64,000 bases of DNA from Candidatus Binatia bacterium (GTDB lineage: Bacteria; Chloroflexota; Dormibacteria; Aeolococcales; Aeolococcaceae), in assembly GCA_035624785.1 (NCBI GenBank), contig DASPQV010000016.1:22550-86549 (forward strand), read 5' to 3'. Both the position numbers and the translations under genes were made by a program. The stretch's first letter is position 1, and each line of letters begins with the position of its first letter. Under the pieces are notes generated by a model that was given only the letters and a program-made list of their open reading frames with translations, was not told the origin of the DNA and searched no databases. Positions 1 through 8,942 of this stretch are shown in pieces.

Positions 1-432
1 GGGCTCCGTTGGCGGTGTCCAGGCAGATCACCCGGCAGCCGGCCTCCACCAGTGCCTGGAACCGCTCCCGGTGGTCCCCGGTGGTCCCGACCGCGGCGCC
101 CACCGAGGTGACGCCCAGGCCGAGGCTGGCCGCCCGGAAGTCGCTGACCTCGTCCTCGATGGTCTGGAAGCGATGGAGCACCCCGAGGGCGCCGGCGCCG
201 GCCAGCGCCCGGCACATCTCCGTGCCGCACACGTCGGGCATCGGTGAGCCGAGGAGGGGGACCTCGAGGGAGATCGCACCCATGCGGACACCGGTGCGAG
301 CGTCCGAGCGGTGCAGCAGGCTCGACGCCCGCCGCGGGATCAGGCTGATCTCGTCGTAGTCGAAGGCGGCCGGCGCCTCGGCCACCCGGGTCAGTGCCGA
401 GCCGATGTCGCGATCAGGAAGGGGCAGAGCCA
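1..432 (-). CDS. IMP dehydrogenase/GMP reductase family protein. Only the first ~144 codons are in the window; the gene runs off the window start. No CBS-pair insert is visible.
   Basis: There is a minus-strand ATG at 432..430. The translation MALPLPDRDIGSALTRVAEAPAAFDYDEISLIPRRASS..GSPMPDVCGTEMCRALAGAGALGVLHRF..VEAGCRVICLDTANGA matches the catalytic-barrel N-terminus of the IMPDH/GuaC family. It is absent from the ORF track because there is no stop in the window. Confidence 0.5.
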
Positions 433-522
433 TCGCTCTGATTGTGCCAGGCGAGGGCCGGGCGGGCTGTCCCAGGCGGGGATGCCCCGGCGGCGGGCAG
501 ACTGCGGCGGCGCCGCTGTGGT

Positions 523-939
523 TCAGCCACGCCGGAAGATCGTCTCCGGGACGATCCGGACGATGATCCGCTCCATGCCCGGCTGACGCCACGGATAGCG
601 GTCCTTGCCCAGGTACTTCCTGGCGAGCGCGTCGATGTGCGCCTCGGCGCCCTCTTCGATGAGCTCGGCGCGGCCGCGCACGACGACGGTGCGGTAGTCG
701 TCCCCCTTGTCGGTGATGGAGACGGCCACCCGGGGGTCGCGGACCAGGTTGCGAAGCTTGACCCGCCCCTTGGCCGTGTTGACCAGAATCGCTTCGCCGT
801 CGGTGTCGACCCAGACGGGGGTCACCTGGGGCGAGCCGTCGGGCATCACCGTTGCCAGGTGGGCCAGGTTCTTCTCCCGAAGGAGGGCCAGCTCATCGTC
901 GGTGAGCTTGGCCGGCATCTTCTCCGCCATGGTGGTCAC
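523..939 (-). CDS. PPOX-class (pyridoxamine 5'-phosphate oxidase-like) probable F420-dependent enzyme
   Basis: 138-aa ORF (..LAHLATVMPDGSPQVTPVWVDTDGEAILVNTAKGRVKLRNLVRDPRVAVSITD..), a typical split-barrel PNPOx/F420 family sequence. Confidence 0.65.
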   Translation of the reverse strand: MTTMAEKMPAKLTDDELALLREKNLAHLATVMPDGSPQVTPVWVDTDGEAILVNTAKGRVKLRNLVRDPRVAVSITDKGDDYRTVVVRGRAELIEEGAEAHIDALARKYLGKDRYPWRQPGMERIIVRIVPETIFRRG

Positions 940-1048
940 TCCAATCCTTGCTCGGGTCGCTCGAGCCGGTATATCGGATCGGGCCGCATCCGCGCGTGGA
1001 GGGCACCGATGGCTCGCCGCCCCGGCGGCATGCCAAGCTATGCCCCGC

Positions 1049-1131
1049 GCCGGGGTGGCGGAATGGTAGACGCAGCGGTCTCAAAAACCGCCGGGGGCAA
1101 CCCCGTGGGGGTTCGACTCCCCCCTCCGGCA
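1049..1131 (+). tRNA. tRNA-Leu (anticodon CAA) with long variable arm; CCA not encoded
   Basis: Acceptor stem GCCGGGG/CTCCGGC with a G-U pair and U8. Three-bp D-stem with a long D-loop. Anticodon stem GCGGT/ACCGC with loop CTCAAAA (U33-CAA-A37). Variable stem-loop GGGG..CCCC. T-arm GGGGG-TTCGACT-CCCCC. Discriminator A. Confidence 0.85.
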
Positions 1132-1254
1132 GGGTCCTTCGGGAGCCGCTCACCCGCCCCAAGTTGATTCGATCGCTGCGCACCCCCCAGCGGTCGGGAG
1201 CTTCCTCTCGTCCCGCGCGCTCCATCTCGCCTGACTCGGTGCGCGCTCGGTAGG

Positions 1255-2655
1255 ATGGCGGTCAGGACGGTGATGGTGGGCAGAGCGGGTGTCCGCCGCC
1301 CACCGCGGCACGGGTCGGCTGATCGGTGCCAGCGGCCTCGACGCGGAGAGGAGAGCCCAGGGGTGGACCAGTCGGACGAACTGTGGACCGCACACGAGGC
1401 GGATGCGGATCGATCGGTGGTTACCAGAGATCCCGGGGAGGTTTCGACGGCCGGCCGGACGCTGCGTGCCAGCACCGCCGGATCCGCCACCGCCGAGCGT
1501 CAGGTGGCAACAGTGCCGGTGCCCTCGCCCGCGATCCCCGGCGCGTTCGGCGCCATCTGGGCTCCACGGCCGCCCAGGGCTGGGCGCCGCCTTCGCACCG
1601 CAGTCAGCCTGGTGCTCGCCATCACCCTGCTGGCCGGCCTGGGCATCGTCATCAAGGCCGCCTTCCTGAGCGACCCGGGAAGCTATCCCGCGGTCGTCCA
1701 GCCCGCCCACGAGCTCGTCCTCGACTTCCAGAACTCCGGGGTGATCACCTCGATAGATGTCCAGCCGGGCCAGCGAGTGACCCAGGGCCAGGTGATCGCC
1801 ACCCAGGACATCCAGCTGGACCTGCTCCGGCTCTCCTACGACCAGGATGTTCTGGCCGCCGACCAGCAGAGTCTCGCCGCGCTCCAGTCAAGTGGCGCCG
1901 CCCAGACTCAGGCCTCACAACAGGCGAGCCAGACCGCCGCTCGCCAGCGAGGCCTGAACATCCAGCTCGCCCAGGAGCAGCTGTCCGCCGCGGAGAACGA
2001 GCTGGCCGCAGCGACCACGCCACAGCAGCAGGTGCAGGCGCAGGCCGCGATCACCGAGGCGCAGACGAAGCTCGCCCTCGCCGAGAACGCGCAGACCAGC
2101 GCCCTGTCGACCTCCGACGCGTCGGCGGTGTCGGGGGCCCAGGCGGCGGTCGCCCGTGACCTGGCGCAGGTCGCGGCCGACCAGCTCCTCATCCAGCAGG
2201 GGGCGATCACCGCGCCCACCGCGGGAGTGGTGGCCTGGGTCGGCGGGGCCGTGGGGGACATCGCGGGGCCCGACGGCGTGGTCAGCCCGGAGTCGAGTGG
2301 CACCTCCGTCCCGGTCGCCCCCGGCTTCTCCCTGTTCCCTCCCGCCGCGCAGGCTCCCGCGGTCAGGAGCTCGAGCACCTTCCCGCCGCTGGTCACCCTG
2401 TACGACGAATCGAGCTGGGACGTGGTCGCCGAGGTCCCGCAGTCCGACATCGGAGCGATGCACGCCGGCCAGCGGGCGACGGTGAACCTCGGCGGCAGGG
2501 GGAGCCTTCAGGCGACGGTGACCGACGTCGGGCTCAGCCCGGTGGTGCAGGACGGGGCCGTCTCCTACGACGTCTTGCTGGTCCTCGACGGCCGCGCGGC
2601 GAACGTGATCCCGGGCATGGCTGCCAACGTCTCGATTCAGCCCGCCAAGAGTTAG
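1255..2655 (+). CDS. HlyD-type membrane-fusion/periplasmic adaptor protein with Gln/Ala-rich coiled coil. The true start is probably downstream of 1255, with the TM anchor near codon 120.
   Basis: Has a TM segment AVSLVLAITLLAGLGIVI and a biotin-lipoyl-like hairpin (GVITSIDVQPGQRVTQGQVIATQD). There is a long Q/A-rich coiled coil, and the C-terminal beta-barrel resembles RND/ABC adaptor subunits. Confidence 0.55.
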   Translation: MAVRTVMVGRAGVRRPPRHGSADRCQRPRRGEESPGVDQSDELWTAHEADADRSVVTRDPGEVSTAGRTLRASTAGSATAERQVATVPVPSPAIPGAFGAIWAPRPPRAGRRLRTAVSLVLAITLLAGLGIVIKAAFLSDPGSYPAVVQPAHELVLDFQNSGVITSIDVQPGQRVTQGQVIATQDIQLDLLRLSYDQDVLAADQQSLAALQSSGAAQTQASQQASQTAARQRGLNIQLAQEQLSAAENELAAATTPQQQVQAQAAITEAQTKLALAENAQTSALSTSDASAVSGAQAAVARDLAQVAADQLLIQQGAITAPTAGVVAWVGGAVGDIAGPDGVVSPESSGTSVPVAPGFSLFPPAAQAPAVRSSSTFPPLVTLYDESSWDVVAEVPQSDIGAMHAGQRATVNLGGRGSLQATVTDVGLSPVVQDGAVSYDVLLVLDGRAANVIPGMAANVSIQPAKS

Positions 2656-3449
2656 GCCACGTGGGAGGCCATCCGGACATGGCCCTGGGCAGGCACGAGC
2701 TGAGCCAGGAGGGCCGCGGCCAGGGCTGGGTTCTCGGGGTTGCAGTGAGGACAGCGACGGCCCGGCCTGGGCACGTTGATCCAGTACCCGTCGACCCGAT
2801 CGTAGGTTCCCGCCACGCAACCGGCGAGCTGCTCGAGGCTGACCGGCGCCCCGGTCGGGTTGGTGCTCAAGCCGGCGGTCACGAGCACCGTGGGGCTGGC
2901 CTGGCGCGCCCGGCGCGCCACCTCCGCAACGAACGCGGAGTAGCGCTCCGGAACCCTCTCCAAGCGCTGGCTCTGGATGTGATAGATGCAGCATCGCGGG
3001 GCCATGCGCTCGGCAAGGCGGCAGGCCAGATACGCCAGCTCGGGGCCGGGTTGGTCGCGGGCCAGCCGGGTGGCCAGGCTGATCGACGGCGCGGCCATCA
3101 GCTCCAGCCGGCTGGCCCGGAGCAGATCGGCCGCCCGCGCGACGTAGGTCCAGGGATCCTCTCGCTCCTCGCGCGGGGTCAGGTCCCATGCCTCGAGGTC
3201 GTAGAGGGCGACCGCGCGTGTATCCGGGCCGGAGCGGGTCCGCAGCTCAGCGACCTCGCTGAGCCTGGTGCAGTTGACGGTGGGAATCCAGCGCAGCTGG
3301 CGCCAGGCGGGCGCATCGGGCGGCGGTCCCCCCAGCGCCAGCCAGGTCGCGCCGGCCATCTCCCCGGGACGGTGCCCCCGGGCCGCGACCAGGCGCATCG
3401 CCCGGCTGGTCATCACCATGAGCGGCGGGCTGATCAGCTGGTCTTCCAT
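2652..3449 (-). CDS. Conserved hypothetical protein, paralog of 5388..6266 (unrecognised family, possibly glycan-processing)
   Basis: Shares a collinear block with the 5388..6266 product (DLE.W..TP..E.E.P..Y...AGLSTNP.GPV.L..L......GYW.NVP.PG..CP.C.P.NP.L.A.LL). Lacks an obvious signal peptide. Start uncertain. Confidence 0.5.
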   Translation of the reverse strand: MEDQLISPPLMVMTSRAMRLVAARGHRPGEMAGATWLALGGPPPDAPAWRQLRWIPTVNCTRLSEVAELRTRSGPDTRAVALYDLEAWDLTPREEREDPWTYVARAADLLRASRLELMAAPSISLATRLARDQPGPELAYLACRLAERMAPRCCIYHIQSQRLERVPERYSAFVAEVARRARQASPTVLVTAGLSTNPTGAPVSLEQLAGCVAGTYDRVDGYWINVPRPGRRCPHCNPENPALAAALLAQLVPAQGHVRMASHVA

Positions 3450-3469
3450 GTTCCCGAGGCCGGGACACC

Positions 3470-5401
3470 ATGATCTCAGGCAGCGCCCTCGCCGTGGTGG
3501 GCGGGCTCCTGGGCCTCCTCCTCTTCTGGATCGTCTACTCGGTTCGCCGCCACCCCACCGTGGACCGGGGCGACGGCCTTGGCCGGGTGGTGATCGATCC
3601 GCCTCGACCCACCAGGCTCATCCGGGTCGCGGTCTTCCTGGCCACCATGGTCGTCTACGCCGTGGCGGTGGTGGCGGCCCGCGTCCAGATCGCCACCATC
3701 TACGTCTCCGCGGTCATGCGGATGGTGCTCTGGATCCTGCCCGCCCCCACCCTGGTGGCGCCGTACGCCAATCGCTTCGAGACCGGCTACCGGATGATGA
3801 TCGCCGGCTCGATAGTGGCGCTGGCGCTGGTGATCCGCGCCGGGCCGGCGCGGCGGCTCTCGGTGGCGCTGCACGCGGTGGTCTACCTGGTCATGGCCGC
3901 CCTGCTCGATTGCATAGTGGTGGTGACCTCCGCGGTCACCCGGCTGCCGATCGCCTACGTCGGCGTCGAGGGCATCGTCCTCAACATGCTGCTCTGGGCG
4001 ATGGTGATGCTGCGCGTCTTCTTCACCACCTTCACCCTGCCCCGCCCCAGCCGGGTGGTGGCGCCTCGCGGCGGCTACTGGGCGGAGACGCTGCAGACCG
4101 CGGCCCTCGCGGTGGCCGTGCTGGGCACCCTGGGACTGACCATCGCCCTCGTGATCCAGCTGGGCTCCTTCGGCCACGAGGTCTACATCCTGCTGGGATT
4201 CATGACCTATGCGCTCTTCTGGACCCTGCTGATAGTCCTCTTCCGGATCATCGGCCGGATGCGGCGCCGGCCTTCGACGGGGAGGGCCGGGACCCCTCCC
4301 ATCCACGTGATCATGTGCGCCTTCAACGAGTCGCCGGGGATCGTCGACACCCTGGAATCTGTCGACAGAGCCGCCGCTCACTATGCGGGCAAGGTCCGCG
4401 TGACCCTGGCCGACGATGGCTCGGAGGATGACACCGTGGCCATATCCCGGGCGACCATGGACCGGTTCAGGGCGGCCAGCGGGGAGATCATCGCCTGCTC
4501 TCACGCCGGAAAGTCGGCGGCTCTCAACGCCGCTCTGGCCCGGGTGACCGCTCCCATCGCCGTGCGCATCGACGCCGACGTGCTGATCAGTGCCAATGCC
4601 TTCGCCTGCCTGCCCCGCTGGTTCGCCGATCCGACCGTGGGCAGCGTGGGCGGCTCGACCTTTCCGCGCATGTCCAGGTCGTGGCTGCACCGCATGCGGC
4701 TCATCGAGTGCATCTACGGCTACCTCTTCGTCCGCCCGGGGCTGGTCGCCGTCGATGCGCTGCCCTGCGTCCCGGGCACCTTCCAGGCCTTTCGCCCGGA
4801 ACCGGCTCGGGCAGTGGGCGGGATGGTGATGGGAATGAACGGCGAGGACGCGGATCTGACCCTGCAGCTGGGCAGGCTGGGCTATCGCGCAGTGATGGAC
4901 CGGGAGATCGTCATCCACGAGGACGTGCCCACCAGCCTCGCCGCCTATCGGGAGCAGCGCCTGCGCTGGTACCGATCGGGCGCGCACCTGTTCGCGCGGC
5001 ACAACCCGATCCAGGCCAGGTCGGCCGGACCGCGGGTCTGGCTGTCCCTGATGCGCGCGGCCATCTTCCGCTTCATGATGCTGGTCCGCCCGATCGTCTA
5101 CCTGTATGCTGCCGTCTGGGCCCTGGGGCAGCCGAGCGGCACGCGCAACATCTGGTTCGTCTTCGTGCTCTTCGGTTCGGCGGTGGCTCCGATGCTGCTC
5201 AGCACCGCGGTCGAGGCGGTCGCCCACGGCTACGCCGGCTACCTCCCCTGGCTGCTGCTCTGGTACCCGACCTACGTCCTGCTCCGCCGCGTGATCATGA
5301 TCGAGAGCTTCCTGACCCTCCCGACCCGCCCGGTCGTCGTGCCCTGGCCGGCCAGGGCCGGCGGAGCTTACCGCGAGATGCAGCCAGATGCGGTGGGCTG
5401 A
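3470..5401 (+). CDS. Processive family-2 glycosyltransferase (cellulose/chitin/hyaluronan/PNAG-synthase-like). It has about 7 N-terminal TM helices and C-terminal TM helices.
   Basis: GT-A motifs DDGSEDDT (DxD), IDADVLI and Q(R)xRW (EQRLRWYRSG) are present. Extensive hydrophobic segments lie before and after the catalytic domain. Confidence 0.8.
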   Translation: MISGSALAVVGGLLGLLLFWIVYSVRRHPTVDRGDGLGRVVIDPPRPTRLIRVAVFLATMVVYAVAVVAARVQIATIYVSAVMRMVLWILPAPTLVAPYANRFETGYRMMIAGSIVALALVIRAGPARRLSVALHAVVYLVMAALLDCIVVVTSAVTRLPIAYVGVEGIVLNMLLWAMVMLRVFFTTFTLPRPSRVVAPRGGYWAETLQTAALAVAVLGTLGLTIALVIQLGSFGHEVYILLGFMTYALFWTLLIVLFRIIGRMRRRPSTGRAGTPPIHVIMCAFNESPGIVDTLESVDRAAAHYAGKVRVTLADDGSEDDTVAISRATMDRFRAASGEIIACSHAGKSAALNAALARVTAPIAVRIDADVLISANAFACLPRWFADPTVGSVGGSTFPRMSRSWLHRMRLIECIYGYLFVRPGLVAVDALPCVPGTFQAFRPEPARAVGGMVMGMNGEDADLTLQLGRLGYRAVMDREIVIHEDVPTSLAAYREQRLRWYRSGAHLFARHNPIQARSAGPRVWLSLMRAAIFRFMMLVRPIVYLYAAVWALGQPSGTRNIWFVFVLFGSAVAPMLLSTAVEAVAHGYAGYLPWLLLWYPTYVLLRRVIMIESFLTLPTRPVVVPWPARAGGAYREMQPDAVG

Positions 5402-6266
5402 GCGGCAGGCCCGGGCCGCCGGGGCACTGCTGGTGCTGGTCGCCCTGGCCGGCTGCGGCGGGACGGCGACGACGACGCTGAAACCGTCGGCGATCCCACC
5501 GCAGGCGGCCGGGTTGACCTGGCTGGTCACCGCTGAGGCGGTGAGGGAGATGTCGCGCTACGGAGACCTGAGCAGCTGGCTGGCCGGCGACACCGTGCTC
5601 GAGGTGGTCTCCCAGGGCGCGACACCCGTCCCCGGATTCGCTGCTCAGCCGGTGGTCAGCTTCCGCAGCTACCAGGCGTTCAGCGCCGCGGTCAGCAGCG
5701 GCGCGATACCGACCTGGGCCCGGCTGGCTCTGCTCGACCTCGAGCACTGGACCTTCACCCCTCTGACCGAGCAGGAGAATCCCTCGGATTACGAGACCGT
5801 GTTCGTCAGACTGGCCCGCAGCCACGGCCTCACCCCAATCCTCGCGCCCGGCCTGGATCTGACCCAGACGCTGGCACCCGGCTCGGCCAGCCCCGAAGCC
5901 GCCTTCGTTGCCCTGGGCCTGCCCGCCGAGGCCGCCCAAGCGCTGGCTGGTGGACCCGGCTACATCGACCTGCAGGCCCAGTCGCTGGAGGGCAGCTCGA
6001 CCAGCTACTCGAGCTTCGTGACCGAGGCGCGCGCCCAGGTGACGAGCACGGATCCCTCCGCAGTGGTTTTGGCCGGGTTGAGCACCAACCCTTCAGCCGG
6101 ACCAGTGGACCTGACCGAGCTGAGCAGCGACGTCAGCGCCACTCGCTCGCTGGTGGCCGGCTACTGGCTCAACGTCCCGAGCCCGGGCGCCGCCTGTCCG
6201 GGCTGTGGCCCGGCAAACCCTCAGCTGGGCGCCCTGCTGCTCCAGGCCGAGGTGGGCCACGGATGA
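5388..6266 (+). CDS. Lipoprotein, paralog of 2652..3449 (unrecognised family, possibly glycan hydrolase-like)
   Basis: Signal peptide with a lipobox (ALLVLVALAGCGG). The C-terminal 190 aa are collinear with the 2652..3449 product. The start overlaps the GT2 stop. Confidence 0.6.
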   Translation: MRWAERQARAAGALLVLVALAGCGGTATTTLKPSAIPPQAAGLTWLVTAEAVREMSRYGDLSSWLAGDTVLEVVSQGATPVPGFAAQPVVSFRSYQAFSAAVSSGAIPTWARLALLDLEHWTFTPLTEQENPSDYETVFVRLARSHGLTPILAPGLDLTQTLAPGSASPEAAFVALGLPAEAAQALAGGPGYIDLQAQSLEGSSTSYSSFVTEARAQVTSTDPSAVVLAGLSTNPSAGPVDLTELSSDVSATRSLVAGYWLNVPSPGAACPGCGPANPQLGALLLQAEVGHG

Positions 6267-6300
6267 GAACGACGACACCGAGCAGCAAGGAGGTCTAGAG

Positions 6301-7176
6301 ATGTCGTTGGTCGCGATCCTCTGCAGCCCGACCCGGCAATCGGAGCTCAGCAGGCTGGTCATGGGCCAGGGGTACACGCCCTTAACGCCCCGGGGGACCC
6401 GGGGCAGGCTCAGCGCCCAGGTCGAGGTGGAGCTCGAGCGCCACCCCAACCTGGTCCTGATCGCGTCCACCGCATCCGGGGCGTCGATGCTCACCGAGCT
6501 CGACTCGCGTTCGGTGCGCTACTGGCTGCTCGCGGTCGGAGAGGTTCCCACCACCTGGCGGGCCAATCCGCCCCGGGCCCCGCACCGGACCATCCTCACC
6601 CTGGACCCGGCCGGCGCGGGGTACCTGGAGCAGCTCCTGGACGACTGGAAGGAGCGCCCGGTGCCACGGATCGACTGCTTCCCCTTCAGCTTCCGCGAGG
6701 GTCTGCCGGCGGAGGCCGACTGGGTGATCGACACCCGCTTCCTGGACAGCCCGTACTGGAGCGGTGACCTGCGCACGCGCTCCCCCTCGGATACGGAGAT
6801 GCGCGATTACGTGGTCTCCCAGCCGGGGGCAAGGCTGGTGCTGGACAACTTCTCCACCATGCTGGTCGCCCTCCTCCCCCACTACAAGAAGCAGCGCCGC
6901 ACGGTGCTTCGGGTTGCGGTCGGCTGCACCGGGGGGGAGCACCGCTCGCAGGTGATGACCGACGAGCTGGTGGAGCGACTCAGCCGCTCGGGTCAGGCCA
7001 CGGCGCGTCGCCTCTCCGCACCTCCGCTGGCCGCGCCCAGCCCACCGGGCTACGCGGAGGAGGCGGTGGCGGTGGCTCTGTCCGGCAGATCCAGCCGCCT
7101 CGAGGCCACGGGCCAGGTCGTCAGGCCAACCAGGGGCGCCGATCCCTTCATCACCGAACCTCAGGCAATCGGGTGA
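6301..7176 (+). CDS. RapZ (YvcJ/YhbJ)-like protein with a degenerate Walker A motif
   Basis: Start chosen at ATG 6301, which has an AAGGAGG ribosome-binding site. The C-terminus VAVGCTGGEHRSQVM and DWVIDTRFLDSPYW are collinear with RapZ. The N-terminus LVAILCSPTRQSELSRLVMGQGY aligns to RapZ [25 protein letters not shown], but the GxxGxGKS motif is lost. Confidence 0.6.
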   Translation: MSLVAILCSPTRQSELSRLVMGQGYTPLTPRGTRGRLSAQVEVELERHPNLVLIASTASGASMLTELDSRSVRYWLLAVGEVPTTWRANPPRAPHRTILTLDPAGAGYLEQLLDDWKERPVPRIDCFPFSFREGLPAEADWVIDTRFLDSPYWSGDLRTRSPSDTEMRDYVVSQPGARLVLDNFSTMLVALLPHYKKQRRTVLRVAVGCTGGEHRSQVMTDELVERLSRSGQATARRLSAPPLAAPSPPGYAEEAVAVALSGRSSRLEATGQVVRPTRGADPFITEPQAIG

Positions 7177-7292
7177 GGGGGCCGCATCGGGACCCCGGCG
7201 GCCGGTCGAGCGTGGCTATGATCGAGCGAGCCGCACCCATACCCCACGCCGCATGCCGTGGGGCACAGGCCGCATCCTGAGGAGAGCCCGCG

Positions 7293-8372
7293 ATGACGCT
7301 GACGGCGCCGGTCGATACCGACGTGATCGCCGGGCCTGACGGCCGAGCGCCGAGCCCGGATCCGGAAACCCCGGCGGTGCGTGACCGGAGGGAGCGTCCG
7401 ATGCGCGACCTGCGCATCTCGGTCACCGACCGCTGCAACTTCCGGTGCCCGTACTGCATGCCGCGCAGCCACTACGGCCCCGGGCACCGCTTCCTTCCCC
7501 TGGAGAAGCAGCTCACCGCCCCTGAGCTGGAGCGGCTGGCCGGAGTCTTCATCTCGCTGGGGGTGACCAAGATCCGGCTCACCGGCGGAGAACCGCTGCT
7601 GCGGCGAGACCTTGTCGACATCGTCGGCCGGCTGAGCCGGCTCGGCGTGGAGGACCTCGCCCTCACCACCAACGGGGCGCTGCTCGCCCGCCACGCCGCC
7701 GCCCTTGCCGAGGCCGGGCTGCATCGGGTCACGGTGAGCCTGGACTCGCTGGACCCGGAGGTCTTCGCCGCGATGAGCGACGCCTCGGTTCCAGTGGCGG
7801 AGGTGCTCGCAGGCATCATGGCTGCCCAGGCCGCCGGGCTCAACCCGATAAAGCTCAACTGCGTGGTCAGGCGGGGCAACAACGAGGGGAGCATCCTGGA
7901 GCTCGTCGAGTTCGCCCGCTCCCACGGCCTCCAGCTCCGCTTCATCGAGTACATGGACGTGGGCAGCTCCAACGGCTGGCGCCGCCAGGACGTCGTCCCC
8001 GCCCTCGAGATCCTCGAGACGGTGGGCAGGGTGCACCCGCTCCTGGCCGAGGACCGCGAGCCCAGCGCCGTGGCTCGGCGCTACCGCTTCGCCGACGGCG
8101 CCGGTGAGCTGGGCATCATCGCTTCAGTGAGCCAGCCCTTCTGCGGTGACTGCAGCCGCGCCAGGCTGGGCTCGGATGGACGCTTGTACACCTGCCTGTT
8201 CGCGATCGCGGGCCTGGACCTCCGGGAGCCCCTCCGCTCCGGCGCCGATGACCGCGAGCTGCGCCGTCTGGTCAGCGAACGCTGGCTGCGCCGCAACGAC
8301 CGCTACTCGGAGATCCGGGCATCCCTGACCGCGCCGCTGCGCCACGTGGAGATGTCCTACATCGGGGGCTGA
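7293..8372 (+). CDS. moaA: GTP 3',8-cyclase MoaA (radical SAM)
   Basis: Cysteine motif CNFRCPYC and typical MoaA sequence throughout, including the C-terminal CGDC cluster motif. GAGGAG ribosome-binding site upstream. Confidence 0.9.
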   Translation: MTLTAPVDTDVIAGPDGRAPSPDPETPAVRDRRERPMRDLRISVTDRCNFRCPYCMPRSHYGPGHRFLPLEKQLTAPELERLAGVFISLGVTKIRLTGGEPLLRRDLVDIVGRLSRLGVEDLALTTNGALLARHAAALAEAGLHRVTVSLDSLDPEVFAAMSDASVPVAEVLAGIMAAQAAGLNPIKLNCVVRRGNNEGSILELVEFARSHGLQLRFIEYMDVGSSNGWRRQDVVPALEILETVGRVHPLLAEDREPSAVARRYRFADGAGELGIIASVSQPFCGDCSRARLGSDGRLYTCLFAIAGLDLREPLRSGADDRELRRLVSERWLRRNDRYSEIRASLTAPLRHVEMSYIGG

Positions 8373-8443
8373 GGGCACGCCGCGCCATCCGGCGCCTCGG
8401 CCGTCAGGGACGGCTCGGGCGGAGCGCCGGCCGCCGGGGCGGC

Positions 8444-8932
8444 TCAGGCGTGCCGGGTGTCCCCGGCCAGCAGGGCCAGGGCATGGGGAAGCGCCGCCCA
8501 GATCGCCTCCAGCCCCTCTCCCACCGCCCGGGGGCTGCCCGGCAGGGCGACGACCAGCCGACCGCCGGCGACGCCCACCACCTGCCGGGAGAGCATCGCC
8601 AGTGGGGTGGAGTCCGCCCCCTTCCGCCGGATCGCCTCGGCCATGCCCGGCACCTGGTAGTCGAGCAGCGGCTCGATCGCCTGTGGCGTCAGGTCGCGAG
8701 GTCCCAGTCCGGTGCCTCCGCTGAGCACCACCAGGTCCGCGCCCGCCATCGCCTCGACCGCCGCCGACCTGATCTCGTCAATACTGTCCGGAACCAGGCG
8801 GCGTGCCACCACGGTGGCGGGGAGCAGGGCGAGGCGTTCGGCGAGGAGGTCACCGCTCTCGTCGCGGGGAAGCTCGCCGCGCGCCCGGGAGTCGCTGACG
8901 GTGATGATCGCGGCTCGCCAGATCGAGGACAT
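8444..8932 (-). CDS. mogA: Molybdopterin adenylyltransferase MogA/MoaB
   Basis: Contains the MogA/MoaB sequence AAIITVSDSRARGELPRDESGDLL..VVLSGGTGLGPRDLTP. Start placed at the second ATG (8932) so it does not overlap the moaC stop. Confidence 0.75.
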   Translation of the reverse strand: MSSIWRAAIITVSDSRARGELPRDESGDLLAERLALLPATVVARRLVPDSIDEIRSAAVEAMAGADLVVLSGGTGLGPRDLTPQAIEPLLDYQVPGMAEAIRRKGADSTPLAMLSRQVVGVAGGRLVVALPGSPRAVGEGLEAIWAALPHALALLAGDTRHA

Positions 8933-8942
8933 GGCGGCTGGG

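Noticed and set aside
3476-5530. 684-aa ORF antisense to the GT2 synthase. Similar long antisense ORFs occur at 19980..22517 (845 aa, opposite dnaE), 36261..38378 (705 aa, opposite dnaK), 20017..21006 and 1915..3189.
   Set aside because: Stop-codon-poor antisense frames are typical of ~70% GC DNA. The products are Arg/Gly/Pro/Asp-rich with no domain signal, whereas the sense strands encode unmistakable conserved proteins.
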